A DNA stretch of 63,702 bases, the filler included, from Chiloscyllium plagiosum (Eukaryota): NCBI RefSeq assembly GCF_004010195.1. It is 4 parts of one record of this genome, joined end to end, with 100 filler letters (N's around TTAATTAATTAA, not from the genome) between each part and the next. Parts side by side here need not be neighbours in the genome. Positions count along the whole stretch, not along the records: positions 34,587 to 59,808 come from NC_057716.1; 3 more parts are not named here. The stretch is one strand, 5' to 3'. The position numbers were made by a program, and so were the translations under genes. The notes beneath the pieces were generated by a model, which saw only the letters and a list, made by a program, of their open reading frames with translations, was not told where the DNA came from and made no database searches. Of this stretch, positions 47,700 through 59,908 are shown piece after piece. Within the stretch, counting starts at the first letter, position 1. Every line of letters begins with the position of its first letter.

Positions 47700-48880
47700 C
47701 AGATTTGGATGTGAACATGGGAGGTGCAGTTAGTAAGTTTGCAGATGATACCAAAACTGGAGGTGTAGTAGACAGCGAAGAAGGTTACCTCAAATTACAA
47801 AGGGATCTTGATCAGATGGGCCATTGGGCTGAGGAGAGGTGGATGGAGTTTAATTTAGATAAATGTGAGGTGCTGCATTTTGGAAAAGCAAATCTTAGCA
47901 GGACTTATACACTTAATGGTAAGGTCCTAGGGAGTGTTGCTGAACAAAGAGACCTTGGAGTGCAGGTTCATAACTCCTTGAAAGAGAATTCACAGGTAGC
48001 TAGGATAGTGAAGAAGGCGTTTGGTATGCTTTCCTTTACTGGTCAGTGCATTGAGTACAGGAGTTGGGAGGTCATGTTGCAGCTGTACAGGACATTGGTG
48101 AGGCCACTTTTGGAATATTGTATGCAATTCTGGTCTCCCTCCTATAGGAAGGATGTTGTGAAACTTGTAAGGATTCAGAAAAAAATGACCTTATGGAGGA
48201 TTATAAAATCATGAGAGACATGGATAGGATAAATAGACAAGGCCTTTTCCCTGGGATGGGGAAGCTCAAAACTAGAGGGCATAGGTTTAGGGTGAGAGGG
48301 GAAAATTTAAAAAGGACCTAAAGGGCAACTTTTCACACAGGGTGGTGTGTGTATGGAATGAGCTAACAGAGGAAGTGGTGGAGGCTGGTACAATTGCAGC
48401 ATTTAAAAGGCATCTGGATGGGGACATGAATAGGAAGGGTTTGGAGGGATATGGGTCAGGTGCTGTTAAATGGGACTAGATTAGGTTAGGATGTCTGGTC
48501 GGCAAGGATGAGTTGGAGCTGAAAATGTGTTTCAGAAAAAAATGACCTTATGGAGGATTATAAAATCATGAGAGACATGGATAGGATAAATAGACAAGGC
48601 CTTTTCCCTGGGATGGGGAAGCTCAAAACTAGAGGGCAGAGGTTTAGGGTGAGAGGGGAAAATTTAAAAAGGACCTAAAGGGCAACTTTTCACACAGGGT
48701 GAAAAGGGCTCATGCCCGAAACGTCGATTCTCCTGCTCCTTGGATGCTGCCTGACCTGCTGCGCTTTTCCAGCAACACATTTCCAGCTCTGATCTCCAGC
48801 ATCTGCAGTCCTCACTTTCTCCTAAAGGATGAGTTGGACCCAAGGGTCTGTTTCCGTGCTGTACATCTCTATGACTCTAA
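47700..48880 (+). mobile_element. CR1 RT/3' fragment carrying a composite insertion at 48504-48838
   Basis: SKFADDTKTGG...RPLLEYCMQFWSP; tail ctctatgactcta. Confidence 0.9.
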
Positions 48881-49314
48881 AAGGGCAAATGGTACCTTGA
48901 TCACATTCCCAGCTGACAGACGGAATGTCCAGCAGCGCAGCACACCCACATTACCAAAGGCCCATCACGGGAGATGAGCATCGTTGGCTAGGCCAGCATT
49001 TGTTACCCATCCCTAATTGTCCCAGATAGAAGTTAAGCGTCAACCACATTGCTCTGAGTCTGGAATCGCATCTAAACCAGACTAGACCACCCTCCCCAAA
49101 CCCCACACCCTGACAGGATATCAGTGAACCAGATGGGCTTTTCCTTTATGGGTGTTGACAGTGATTCTTCAGAACCAATCTTTATTCCTGATTTTTTTGG
49201 CAGGGGGGCATTGGATTCAAATTTTTAACCATCTACCAGGATGGGATTCAAACACATCTCCCCTGGAGCGATAACCCAGGGCTCTGGATTACTAGCCCAG
49301 GGACACTACCACCT

Positions 49315-50205
49315 AGAACATAGAACATAGGACATTACAGCGCAGTACAGGCCCTTCGGCCCTCGATGTTGTGCCGCCCTGTCATACTAATCTGAAGCCC
49401 ATCCCACCTACACTATTCCATGTACGTCCATATGCCTGTCCAATGACGACTTAAATGCACTTAAACTTGGCGAATCTACTACCGTTGCAGGCAAAGCATT
49501 CCATACCCTTACTACTCTCTGAGTAAAGAAACTACCTCTGACATCTGTCTTATACCTATCTCCCCTCACTTTAAAGTTGTGTCCCCTCGTGTTTACCGTC
49601 CCCATACTTGGATAAAGGCTCTGCCTGTCCACCCTGTCTAACCCTCCGATTATCTTGTATGTCTCTATTAAGTCACCTCTCAACCTTCTTCTCTCTAATG
49701 AGAACAGGCTCAAGGCCCTCAGCCTTTCCTTGTAAGACATTCCTTCCATACCAGGCAACATCCTAGTAAATCTCCTCTGCACCCTTTCCAAAGCTTCCAC
49801 ATCCTTCTTATAATGCGGTGGCCAGAACTGTATGCAATACTCCAAGTGTGGCCGTACCAGAGCTTTGTACAGCTGTAGCATAACCTCATGGTTCCAGAAC
49901 TCAGTCCCTCTACTAATAAAGGCCAAGACACTGTATGCCTTCTTAACAACCCTGTCAATCTGGGTGGCAACTTTCAGGGATCTGTGTACATGGACACCGA
50001 GATCTCTCTGCTCATCTGCACTCCCAAGAATCTTACCATTAGCCCAGTACTTTGCATTCCGATTACTCCGTCCAAGGTGTATCACCTCACACATGTCCAC
50101 GTTAAACTCAGCCCAGCTCTGCATCCTATCTATGTCTCTCTGCAACCTACTACATCCCTTGTCACTATCCACAACTCCACCGACCTTAGTGTCGTCTGCA
50201 AATTT
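49315..50205 (-). mobile_element. CR1 RT C-terminus plus 3' UTR, young
   Basis: 254-aa open ORF with RPHLEYCIQFW and FFTQRVVRVWNALP. Confidence 0.93.
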
Positions 50206-51069
50206 ATTATCCCTGTCCTGGGATGTCTATGCATTGAACTCTTTCAAGGGTGGGGGGGACTTGAACCCACAAACCTCTGACTGATTGTTGATGTACTTTC
50301 AGAGATTCTAAAAGCAGGGAGGAAGCAGACTCCCTTCAGCCCATCGAGTCAACCACCACAAAATACCACGACCTACACCAGTCCCACTTTCTCACATTAG
50401 GACCAGAGGCTTGAATGTTATGATACCTCAAGAGTTTATCCAAGTACATTTTAAAGGTTCTGAGGTTTCCCGCCTCAACTACTCTCCCAGGCAGTGCATT
50501 CCAGACTCCCACTATTCTCTGGTTGAAAAAGGTTTCCTCAAATCCCCTCTAAACCTCCTGCCTTTTACTTTAAAGTGATGCCCCTTTGTTTCTGACCCTT
50601 AGACTTTCCTGGTAAATAAGGCAAGGTGACAGACTAAGTCAGACCGAAGCAGCAAAGATTGTTCCCAGCTTGATACTCAAAGGGAAAGAAGCCTCAATAT
50701 GTCAGGGAGGGAGCTCTCCCACCCTGAATATCCTCCGAATCTGCTGTCCCTCATAGGAATTGCTCATGTGAGAACAAAACCACAAGATCAGGATAATGGG
50801 TTGGGATGAGGAGAATTTAATTCTGTCCCAGAGTAATTAATCTTTGAGATTCCCTGTCCCGGACAGCTAGGGATTCTCTGGCATCGAATGTATTTAAGGC
50901 TCAGAGGGTCAGATTTTGGTTGTTCTGGGAATTGAGAGGACACAGCGAGTGGGAGGGAAACTGGAGCTGAGTCCCAAGATCAGCCAGAATCATATCAAAA
51001 GGCAGAACAAGCTCAATGGGCCGAAACGTCTACTACTGCTTCCATTTCTTAAGAATTTATATGAAAACA

Positions 51070-51510
51070 GAGTAAAGGGAGCTGTCCTAGGAGTGTTTGA
51101 TGGTGACACTGTAGAGGAGCTTTACTCTGTATCTATCCCATGCTGTTCCTGTCATGGGAGTGTTTGATGGGGGACAGTATAGAGGGAGCTTTACTCTGTA
51201 TCTAACCCCATGCTGTCCCTGTCCTGGGAGTGTTTGATGAGGGACAGTGTAGAGGGAGCTTTACTCTGTATCTAACCCTGTGGTGTCGCTGTCCTGAGAG
51301 TGTTTGATGGGGACAGTGTAGAGGGAGCTTTACTCTGTAACTAACCCTGTGGTGTCGCTGTCCTGGGAGTGTTTGATAGGGACAGTGTAGAGGGAGCTTT
51401 ACTCTGTATCTAACCCTGTGGTGTCGCTGTCCTGGGAGTGTTTGATGGGGGACAGTGTAGAGGGAGCTTTACGAAGTAGCTCACCTTATCCCTGGGAGTG
51501 TTTGATGGGG
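51070..51510. repeat. 69-70 bp minisatellite (gggagtgtttgatggggacagtgtagagggagctttactctgtatctaacc...), about 6 copies
   Basis: tttactctgt at 51121, 51190, 51260, 51329 and 51398. Confidence 0.92.
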
Positions 51511-51566
51511 TTCACAGAGAGTTTACACACATACATGATGCCACTGTGGTTTTTGTTGAGTGTTAC

Positions 51567-51671
51567 CTATCGATGGGTCGAGTTTCTTGGGTTTGTTCCA
51601 TTGGAGAGTCACAGTCCTGCCCGTCACTGCCACCACCACAGCGGGACCATTGGGTGGGTCCGGGATCACAT
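51567..51671 (-). CDS. SPEG: SPEG coding exon (FN3 start: DVIPDPPNGPAVVVAVTGRTVTLQWNKPKKLDPSI)
   Basis: Acceptor cactgtgatccAG, donor G|GTAACA; 105 bp, phase 1/1. Confidence 0.93.
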
Positions 51672-51949
51672 CTGGATCACAGTGAAGAGAGAAGCAGAAA
51701 CATTTCATCAGCAACTCGCCCATCATTCAACACAGCATCAGGAATCTCCAAAGGACAAACTACACAAAGAATCACTCAGGGAAACAAGCCAGTTCCTACC
51801 TCAGTGACAGAGGACATGGCCATGCAGGGACTGACGGTGCCATGGCCCACCTGCCAAACACCTTCAGGAAGCACAGAAACATAACACCCCAGCCAGGCGG
51901 ACAGGTGAAGGACAGTGCTTACTCAACACATAAACAGCCACACTGCACT

Positions 51950-52275
51950 CAACCCCCAATTCCTTGATTAGATTCCAGTTTGTAACTCACTTCTGGGTGT
52001 CTGTTATTCGACATTTGGACCATCCCGAACCCCTTAATTAGATTCCAATCTGTAACTCATCCCCGGGATCTGTTATTCTACATAAAAACCATCCCAAACA
52101 CCTCGATTAGATTCCAGTCTGTAACTCACTCCTGGGTATCTGTTATTCGATATATAGACCACCTGAAACCCTTGATTAGATTCCAGTCGTGACTCACTCC
52201 CAGATACCTGTTATTCTATAAATATACCACCCTGAATCCCTCGATTAGCTTTCAGTCTTTAACGCCCTCCCGTTG
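51950..52275. repeat. About 69-bp minisatellite (gattagattccagtctgtaactcactcc...ctgttatt), about 5 copies
   Basis: Unit starts near 51964, 52033, 52103, 52172 and 52241. Confidence 0.88.
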
Positions 52276-52629
52276 CTGTATAATTTGATGCCATTCACTG
52301 GTTTATTAGGAGACAAAGACATGTCGAGGAGTCTGGGATTTTGACATTCCCAGCACAAAGCAGGAGAAGCAATATTCCATTTATTACCATGTTCCAAATT
52401 GATTCTGTCTCTATTTATAACTGTATTACTGAGTAATTTAATTCAATCCTCTTTCACTCCTGATCTGCAGCCATTTACGTCATGACTTTGGCTTTGGGCC
52501 ATAAACCTCATTAAAGACCATGACAAGCAGCAAGCAGGAATTAACCGAACGTCCACTGAGCACACAGCAGCTCAAAGTCAACTTATTAGACATGTGGATT
52601 AGGACACACATCCCATAGAGTTACACACA

Positions 52630-53356
52630 TCAAGTCAGTACTGGGGCACTCAGTCCCTGTTTTACACACACACACACATGCATAGAGTCAGTGCTGGGGC
52701 ACTCAGTCCCTGTTACACACACATGCATAGAGTCAGTGCTGGGGCACTCAGTCCCTGTTACACACACACACACATGCATAGAGTCAGTGCTGGGGCACTC
52801 AGTCCCTGTTACACACACACACACATGCATAGAGTCAGTGCTGGGGCACTCAGTCCCTGTTACACACACACACACATGCATAGAGTCAGTGCTGGGGCAC
52901 TCAGTCCCTGTTACACACACACACGTACACACAGAGTCAGTGCTGGGGCACTCAGTCCCTATTTTACACAAACACACACGTACACACAGAGTCAGTGCTG
53001 GGGCACTCAGTCCCTGTTACACATACACACACGTACACACAGAGTCAGTGCTGGGGCACTCAGTCCCTGTTTTACACACACACACACACAGAGTCAGTGC
53101 TGGGGCACTTAGTCCCTGTTACACCCACACATACACACACAGTCAGTGCTGGGGCACTCAGTCCCTGTCACATACACACACAGTCAGTGCTGGGGCACTC
53201 AGTCCCTGTCACACACACACACATACACACAGAGTTAGTGCTGGGGCACTCAGTCCCTGTCACACACACCCACACAAAAGCACAGAGTCAGTGCTGGGGC
53301 ACTCAGTCCCTGTCACACACACAGAGTCAGTGCTGGGGCACTCAGTCCCTGTCTCA

Positions 53357-53390
<34 letters not shown>

Positions 53391-53835
53391 GTCAGTGTTG
53401 GGGCACTCAGTCCCTGTCTCACACACACACACATACACACAGAGTCAGTGCTGGGGCACTCAGTCCCTGTTACACACACATACACACAGTTAGTGCTGGG
53501 GCATTCAGTTCCTGTTACACACACACACACAGACACACAACAGTCAGTGCTGGGGCACTCAGTCCCTGTCTCACACACATACACACAGAGTCAGTACTGG
53601 GGCACTTAGTCCCTGTTACACATACACACAGAGTCAATGCTAGGGCACACAGTCCCTGTTACACACACAGTGTCAGTACTGGGTCACTCAGTCCCTGTTT
53701 TTCACACACACATATCCACACAACCCCTGTTTCTCTCTCTCTCTCACATTCACACACACAGTCAATGCTAGGGCACTCAGTCCCTGTATCATACACACAC
53801 ACACAGTCACACAGTCAGGGCTGGGATACTCAGTC
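52630..53835. repeat. Minisatellite with constant core agtcagtgctggggcactcagtccctgt and variable (CA)n spacers, more than 20 copies
   Basis: Direct inspection. Confidence 0.95.
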
Positions 53836-54945
53836 AGTTTGGCAATGTCAGTGGGAGCAGTGGGAGGGTGGGGGGGGATAGGAATGGCAGATGAGGGGGA
53901 ATGGAAGTTGGTAACAAGGCAATGGGGTGACCTTCAATGACCCACGCTCTTGGCCATGCCCTGTGTTTCTTATATCCAGGGAGTCCATCTCTGGTTGGAC
54001 AAATCTGACCGGGTTGGGGTGCGAGTGGGGAAGGTGCTAAGGCAATGTGAATGGGGTCAGTGGATGGAAAGCAACTGTGTGGGGGGATGGAGTGGATGGA
54101 GCAGATGTGACACCCTCCCAGTTATTCTGCTCTGATTCTGCACCCACCTTCTTTCCCTCCATCTGGCAGATGGTCACCATCCTGAGCAGCTACACCCTCA
54201 TTCGCGGAGGGTTGATGGGAAGGGATGTGAACCAGAACAGGTCAGAGTGTGAAACTGCAGATCATGGGTCAGTGGGTTTACCTATGGGGCTTTGAATGAT
54301 TGGAAACCTATTCTATTGGTGTAACTTATTATTTCCATGATTCCACTAATATAGAAGAATGACTGTGGTTCCAAAGACTGAAGGATACAAAGGAAACAGG
54401 GGAGTAAGCAGGAACAGGGGGCTGAGTTACATGGTCAGCCATGATCGTACAGAATGGTGGAGCAGGCTGGAAGGGCCGAATAGCCTACTCCTGCTCCTAT
54501 TTTCCATGTGTTTATGTTGCTAGAGAGGAAACAGAGAGAACATTTCCTCTTGTGGGAAACAGCATAACTTGAGTCCATCAGTATGAAGCTAGTCACCAAG
54601 AAATCCCTACGGAGAATCGAGAAAATTCTCCTTACCCGGTCGATGATGAGCTCACTCACTCCCGCCTGTGGGAAGTCAATATTCACACCAGTGTTCAGCG
54701 GAGACTCAATGAGGAACATTCGAGGGAAATGACAGGGAAGGGTTACACACTGATCGTGTTTGATGTGGAAAGATGGGAGGAGGCTCGAGTGGGACAGAAA
54801 GGCCAGTTGGGACAGGTGGGGCCGAATGGCCTACCTCTGTGCTGCGGACTGAGATCTATTGGCTGCTGGGAGTTAGTAACAGTCATGCTGCTGGGTTATG
54901 GGGTTGCCACTGAGTATGCCAGTCACAGTCGGGACAGGATCTTAC

Positions 54946-55065
54946 CGGATACATATACGTGGGCGTAGCTGGTGGCCTTCCCCACCTTGTTGGCTATGAC
55001 ACTTTTATATACTCCTGCGTGAGAATGGTCAGCACAGCGAATGACCAAGCGATGGATGTCTTTAT
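54946..55065 (-). CDS. SPEG: SPEG coding exon ([40 protein letters not shown])
   Basis: Not in the ORF track. Acceptor tctccgccacAG, donor G|GTAAG; 120 bp, phase 1/1; matches [20 protein letters not shown]. Confidence 0.94.
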
Positions 55066-55914
55066 CTGTGGCGGAGAGAAGCCAATGATGATGAAACCGT
55101 TAAAAAGGCATGAGGTGGGCAGCAAGCAGGGACGGGTGGGGAGGGGAGGTGACCTCTCTCAGTCAGTGGGGCATTTTGTGCCTGACCGTGACCTCTGACC
55201 CATGCCCTGCCAGGTCAGCTGACCTCACCTCGGGCACCATGTGACCCATGACCCACCTCATGGTCAGAGAGCCTTTGGGTGTTCGGCCATTGACAGGAGG
55301 CAGTGAATGCTGGATAGGCCTACTCCTGCTCCTGGTCCGTATTCTCTTTGCTCTGCGCAAACAGTCAAAATTCCAGAATGTTCCACAAGCACTGGATCAC
55401 CCGTTATGATCCAGAAAGGTATGTCAAGGAGTCGAGGATGGAAAGGGCCATGAATGATTCTGAGAGCTTTGATGGGAGTCCCTCAGTTGTTGATGATGGT
55501 TGAGCTGTTGGATGTAGTAATGGGAGTGACTGAGTGGGTTGTTTGGCCATTTCAGAGGCAGGTGAGAGTCACCCTCACAGCTGCACGTCTGGAGTCACAT
55601 GTAGGCCAGACCAGGTGAGGATGGTAGTTTCCTTCCCTCAAGGACATTAGTGAACCAGATGGAGTTTTACAATCAGCATGTTTCCATGTTCACTGATTCC
55701 ATGTTTTTAAAAAAACTGATTTCAAGTTTCACCGTCTGCTATGGTGGGATTCAAACCCATTACAGAACTCCAGCAATTTTTGTTTCTGCAAACGTACTGA
55801 TCAGATCATCTACATTTTTATGCAAATCATTTATAAATATCATAAACAAGAGAGGGCTGAAGGAACCTCTGGTTTTCTGTCTTGTCTGAAATACTGTCAC
55901 GTGACAACTGTATT

Positions 55915-56235
55915 TTGTATTCATTCCCAGAATGTGGATGTCACTGACCAAGCCAGTGTTTATTACCCAGAGGGCAGTTAAAACTCAACCACACATGGCT
56001 GTAGGTCTGGAGTCACATAGAGGCCAGATCAGGTAAGGATGGCAGTTTCCTTCCCTAAAGGACATTAGTGACCCAGATGGGTCTTACCCCACCAATCATT
56101 ATCAGTAAATTCAGATTTAATTAAAAAATTATTGTTGATCTCCAATCCCACAGGATTTGAAGCCGGATCACCAAACATTAGCAGAGTGTCTGGATGATTA
56201 GTCTAGTGATAATACCACTAATCCATTGCCCTACC
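55915..56235 (-). mobile_element. Second tRNA-derived SINE family (another partial copy at about 55530-55760)
   Basis: Homologous to 25150-25478. Confidence 0.75.
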
Positions 56236-56339
56236 CAATGGCCTCTTACATCCTGACAAAATTCAAGCTAACCACGGCCACTAGTACACAGCCTTGTCTG
56301 TTAGCGCCTCCCCCTGGAGGTTCGAGTGAGTGTACATAC

Positions 56340-56569
56340 ACTGTGTCATTCTCCTCTCGTCTGTACTGTCCAGCTTGTGACCATTATGATACCAGGTGAT
56401 GGCAGGATAGGGCAGCCCCGTCACCTGGCACTCCAGCACCGCATCCTTGCCTTCCGTCACTTCCACATTCTGGATGGGTTTAATGAAGTCCGGCATGGTG
56501 AAGCGCTCAGTCTCGTTTTCCGGAACTTCCGGCTCCTCGGGGATTGATGGCATCTTCTCCAGTTTGGCC
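56340..56569 (-). CDS. SPEG: SPEG coding exon (MAKLEKMPSIPEEPE...PDFIKPIQNVEVTEGKDAVLECQVTGLPYPAITWYHNGHKLDSTDERRMTQ)
   Basis: Acceptor tctgtccctAG, donor T|GTATGT; 230 bp, phase 2/1; KLEKMPSIPEEPE and LECQVTGLPYP match SPEG as recalled. Confidence 0.95.
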
Positions 56570-56939
56570 CTAGGGACAGAGGAGAGAAGGTGAGGGGCAG
56601 TTGTTAAGAGTTCTGAGGGCAGCAAGGGTCACAGGGCAAGGGGGGGGAAAGCAGGGCAAAGGCACTGAGCTAAGGGAATGGCCTTAGCCCTATTGTCGCT
56701 AGCCTATTAATCCAGAACCCCGAGTAACATTCTAGGGACCCAGGTTCAAATCCCATCATGGCTGAATTCTATAAAAATCCTTTAATGGGCTCTGCAAGTA
56801 AGTTAATCACCTGAGGGAACACAGGTCAATGTGAGGATTCTCAGTCTGTAATTTATGTATGTTAGAAGGCTGAGGATGATCTGATTGAAAGGGCTGGATA
56901 GGCACAATGGATTTACTGCCTGCTGAAACATGGACACAA

Positions 56940-58100
56940 GTTGATGAAGGTAGAGCAGTTTTTGTGCGTATATGGATTTTAGCAAGGCTTCTGATAAGGT
57001 TCTCCATGGTAGGCTCATTCAGAAAGTAAGGAGGCATGGGATAGAGGGAAACCTATCTGTCTGGATACAGACTTGGCTGGCCCATAGAAGACAGAGGGTG
57101 GTAGTAGATGCAAAGTACTCAGCCTGGAGCTCGGTGACCAGTGGTGCTCCGCAGGAATCAGTTCTGGGACCTCTGCTCGTTGTGATTTTTATAAATGTCT
57201 AGGATGAGGAAGTGGAAGGGTGGGTTAGTAAGTTTGCCGATGACACAAAGGGTGATGGAGTGGTGGATAGTGTGGAGGGCTGTTGTAGGTTGCAACGGGA
57301 CATTGACAGGATCCAGAACTGGGCTGATAAATGGCAAATGGAGTTCAACCTGGGAAAGTGTGAAGTTGTTCACTTTGGATGGTCAAATTTGAATCCAAAA
57401 TATAGGGTTAAAGACAAGGTTCTTGGCAGTGTGGAGGAACAGAGGGATGTTGGGGTCCATGTCCATAGATCTCTCAAAGTTGCCACCCAGTTTGATAGGG
57501 TTGTTAAGAAGGTGTATTGTGTGTTGGCTTTCATTAGCAGGGGGATTAAGTTTAAGAGCCACGAAGTTATGCTGCAGCTCTATAGAGCCCTGGTTAGACC
57601 ACACTTGGAATATTGTGTTCAGTTCTGGTCGCCTCATGAAAGGATGCTTTAGAGAGCGTGCAGAGGAGATTTGCAGGATGCTGCCTGGCCTGGAGGGCAT
57701 GTCTAATGAAGAAAGTTTGAGGAAGCTAGGGCTTTTCTCATTGGAGCAAAAACGGATGAGAAGTGAATTGATAGAGGTGTATAAAATGGTGAGAGGCATA
57801 GATAGGGTGGATAGCCAGAGACATTTTCCCAGGGCTGAAGGGGGCATAATTCTAAGATAATTGAAGGAAGGTTTAGGGAGATGTCAGAGGTAGATTCTTT
57901 ATTCAGACAGTGATGGGTGTGTGGAATGCACTCTCAGCATCAGATACATTAGGGAAATTTAAACGACTCTTGGATAGGCATATGGATGATAGTACAATGA
58001 AGGATATGTAGGTTAGTCTGATCTTAGAGTAGGATAAAAGGTTGGCACAACATCAAGGGCCAAAGGGCCTGTACTGTGCTGTACTGTTCGACATTCTATA
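56940..58100 (+). mobile_element. CR1 RT/3' fragment
   Basis: MDFSKASDKV, SKFADDTK, RPHLEYCVQFWSP; tail gggcctgtactgtgctgtactgttc. Confidence 0.92.
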
Positions 58101-58406
58101 TTTTAAGTGATCAATTACCACAGACACTTGGACACAAGGGATCTGTTGACCACCAAAACTCAGGCCCACAGGATCTACTGACCATCATGGACCCAGACAC
58201 AGCTGATCTAATGACTACAGACAGTCAAACACATTGAGTCCTGTGTCTGTAGAAATTGAGACACAAGGGATCTACTGTAGCTGACTGAAAGGATCTATGC
58301 ACCTTGTAATTCCAGACACTGATCAGTAAAACTCAGACTTGCAGGATCCTTTGCTACTGGGAATTCAGATTTGAGAGATCTATTAACAATATAAACTCAA
58401 ACACGG

Positions 58407-58629
58407 TACAGGTCATTTTGCAATAACACGTGATTCGCTAATGCAAACTTGCTGTAACATGATTGACGCAGTGTGAACCCTGTTTCTAAAGCACAAGGTT
58501 TTAAAACGTGTGTTGACTGTAACACGATTACATCACCAACACTTTAAGCATTGTTTCTAAGGTGTGATTTTTCTATAACCCGGGGTTGCACGAGAACACA
58601 ACCATTGTGTTATAGAAGAACAAGCTGTA
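58407..58629. mobile_element. Tc1/mariner-pogo (Tigger-like) MITE
   Basis: TA-flanked imperfect TIRs tacaggtcattttgcaataacac ... gtgttatagaagaacaagctgta; a related end lies at about 10784-10900. Confidence 0.6.
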
Positions 58630-59059
58630 GATCAACTGGCCACAAAATTCCAGGCCTGAAGGATCTCTTGATCCTAGAAACTTGAGATTGTGGGACAAAC
58701 TGATCACAAAAACCCACCCTTGAGGGATGTGCTAAATATGAGAAATGAGTGTGACTGAAGTGGAGTCTCCATATCTGGCCCAGCCTCAATAGAGTCTGAC
58801 CAGAGAGGAAGGCCTTCCCATGACCTCAGGAACACCAACGATCCTGCAGAATCCTGCCCAAGTGCTAACAATGGAGATCTCCACATGACATGGTGCTTCA
58901 TACGAGCGATTGTGTGGAGCTCCTTCCTCAGGCAGACCGGTGTAACATAGAGGGCATGCTGCACTAGCAGAGGTACTGTCCATCAGCTGAGGTGACAAAT
59001 GGAGGCCCTTTCCCCCACCTTCCCTCAGAATTGGACAAATAGACATCTCAGTCATTTCA

Positions 59060-59290
59060 GGGTCGCCCTACTCTCCTGGGCCAACAGTGACCCTCAATCA
59101 ACCCCACTAGAAAATAAAATGACTCCTTGGTCATTTCTCTTCAAGACATTAGTGAAATCTTGCTGTGCACTAATGTGGTGCAGTATTTCCCACAGTGCAA
59201 CAGTGTGACTGCACTCTCACAGTACCTCATTGGCTCTCAGAAGCTTCCGGACTGCCTGAGGTGGTATAAGGCGCAATGGAAATGCATTTG
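59060..59290 (+). mobile_element. Deu-domain SINE (SacSINE1/AmnSINE1-like) 3' relic
   Basis: cttgctgtgcac...gcaacagtgtgactgcac...cattggct...ctgaggtggtataaggcgcaatggaaatgca resembles the DeuSINE 3' region as recalled. Confidence 0.55.
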
Positions 59291-59328
59291 TGCCCTATAC
59301 TGAAGCCTACTCTCTGCTGTTTCCTTAC

Positions 59329-59518
59329 ATTGGTGAGGAGACCACTGGGCGAGGCTCTTCAACATAGAGGTCAGCTGAGCAGAAGGCGTCACCATGAGGG
59401 TTCTGGGCAATAGCAGCGTACTCGCCCTCATTCTCGCTGACTGCGTGAAGGATGATCAGTGAGTGGAAGCCCTGGTCCCGCACAATACGCAGCTCCTCCG
59501 TCTCCACCACCCGCTCAC
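59329..59518 (-). CDS. SPEG: SPEG coding exon (end of Ig domain: GERVVETEELRIVRDQGFHSLIILHAVSENEGEYAAIAQNPHGDAFCSADLYVEEPRPVVSSP)
   Basis: Acceptor ctctgttcggcAG, donor AT|GTAAGG; 190 bp, phase 1/2; splices in frame to the 56340-56569 exon; Ig I-set GEY-x-A-x-N-x-x-G motif. Confidence 0.93.
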
Positions 59519-59574
59519 CTGCCGAACAGAGAAATAGGACATCAGAGCACTTTAATGGTCATTACCGCTGAAGA

Positions 59575-59808
59575 CAGGGAGTGAGAGAGTGTGGGCAAGA
59601 GAGAGGGAAAAAGGCAAAGAGCAAGAGAGAGAGGGAGAGTGGGCAAGTGAGAGGGAAAAAGGCAGAGAGGGAGAGTGGGCAAGGGAGAGGAAAAGACAGA
59701 GACAGGGAGAGTGGGCCAGAGAGAGGGAAAAAGGCAGAGAGAGAGTGGGCAAGCGAGAGGAATAAAGGCAGAGAGAGAGGGAGAGTGGGCAAGGGAGAGG
59801 GAAAAGGC
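59575..59808. repeat. Purine-rich minisatellite (gagagtgggcaagggagagggaaaaaggca) running into a gap
   Basis: About 6 copies; supplies the long pyrimidine tract upstream of the 59518 acceptor on the minus strand. Confidence 0.85.
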
Positions 59809-59908
59809 NNNNNNNNNNNNNNNNNNNNNNNNNNNNNNNNNNNNNNNNNNNNTTAATTAATTAANNNNNNNNNNNNNNNNNNNNNNNNNNNNNNNNNNNN
59901 NNNNNNNN
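59809..59908. other. Assembly gap with artificial linker
   Basis: Same 44N-12-44N construct. Confidence 0.95.

Noticed and set aside
52630..53881. CRISPR-like array and 396-aa ORF
   Set aside because: Spacers are CA microsatellites rather than unique sequences, there are no cas genes, and the context is a vertebrate intron; the ORF is a by-product of a stop-free repeat.
35627..59518. Assignment to obscurin, MYLK or titin
   Set aside because: [24 protein letters not shown], YELSxPDDDQ and the Ig-Ig-FN3-Ig-Ig-kinase order match SPEG.
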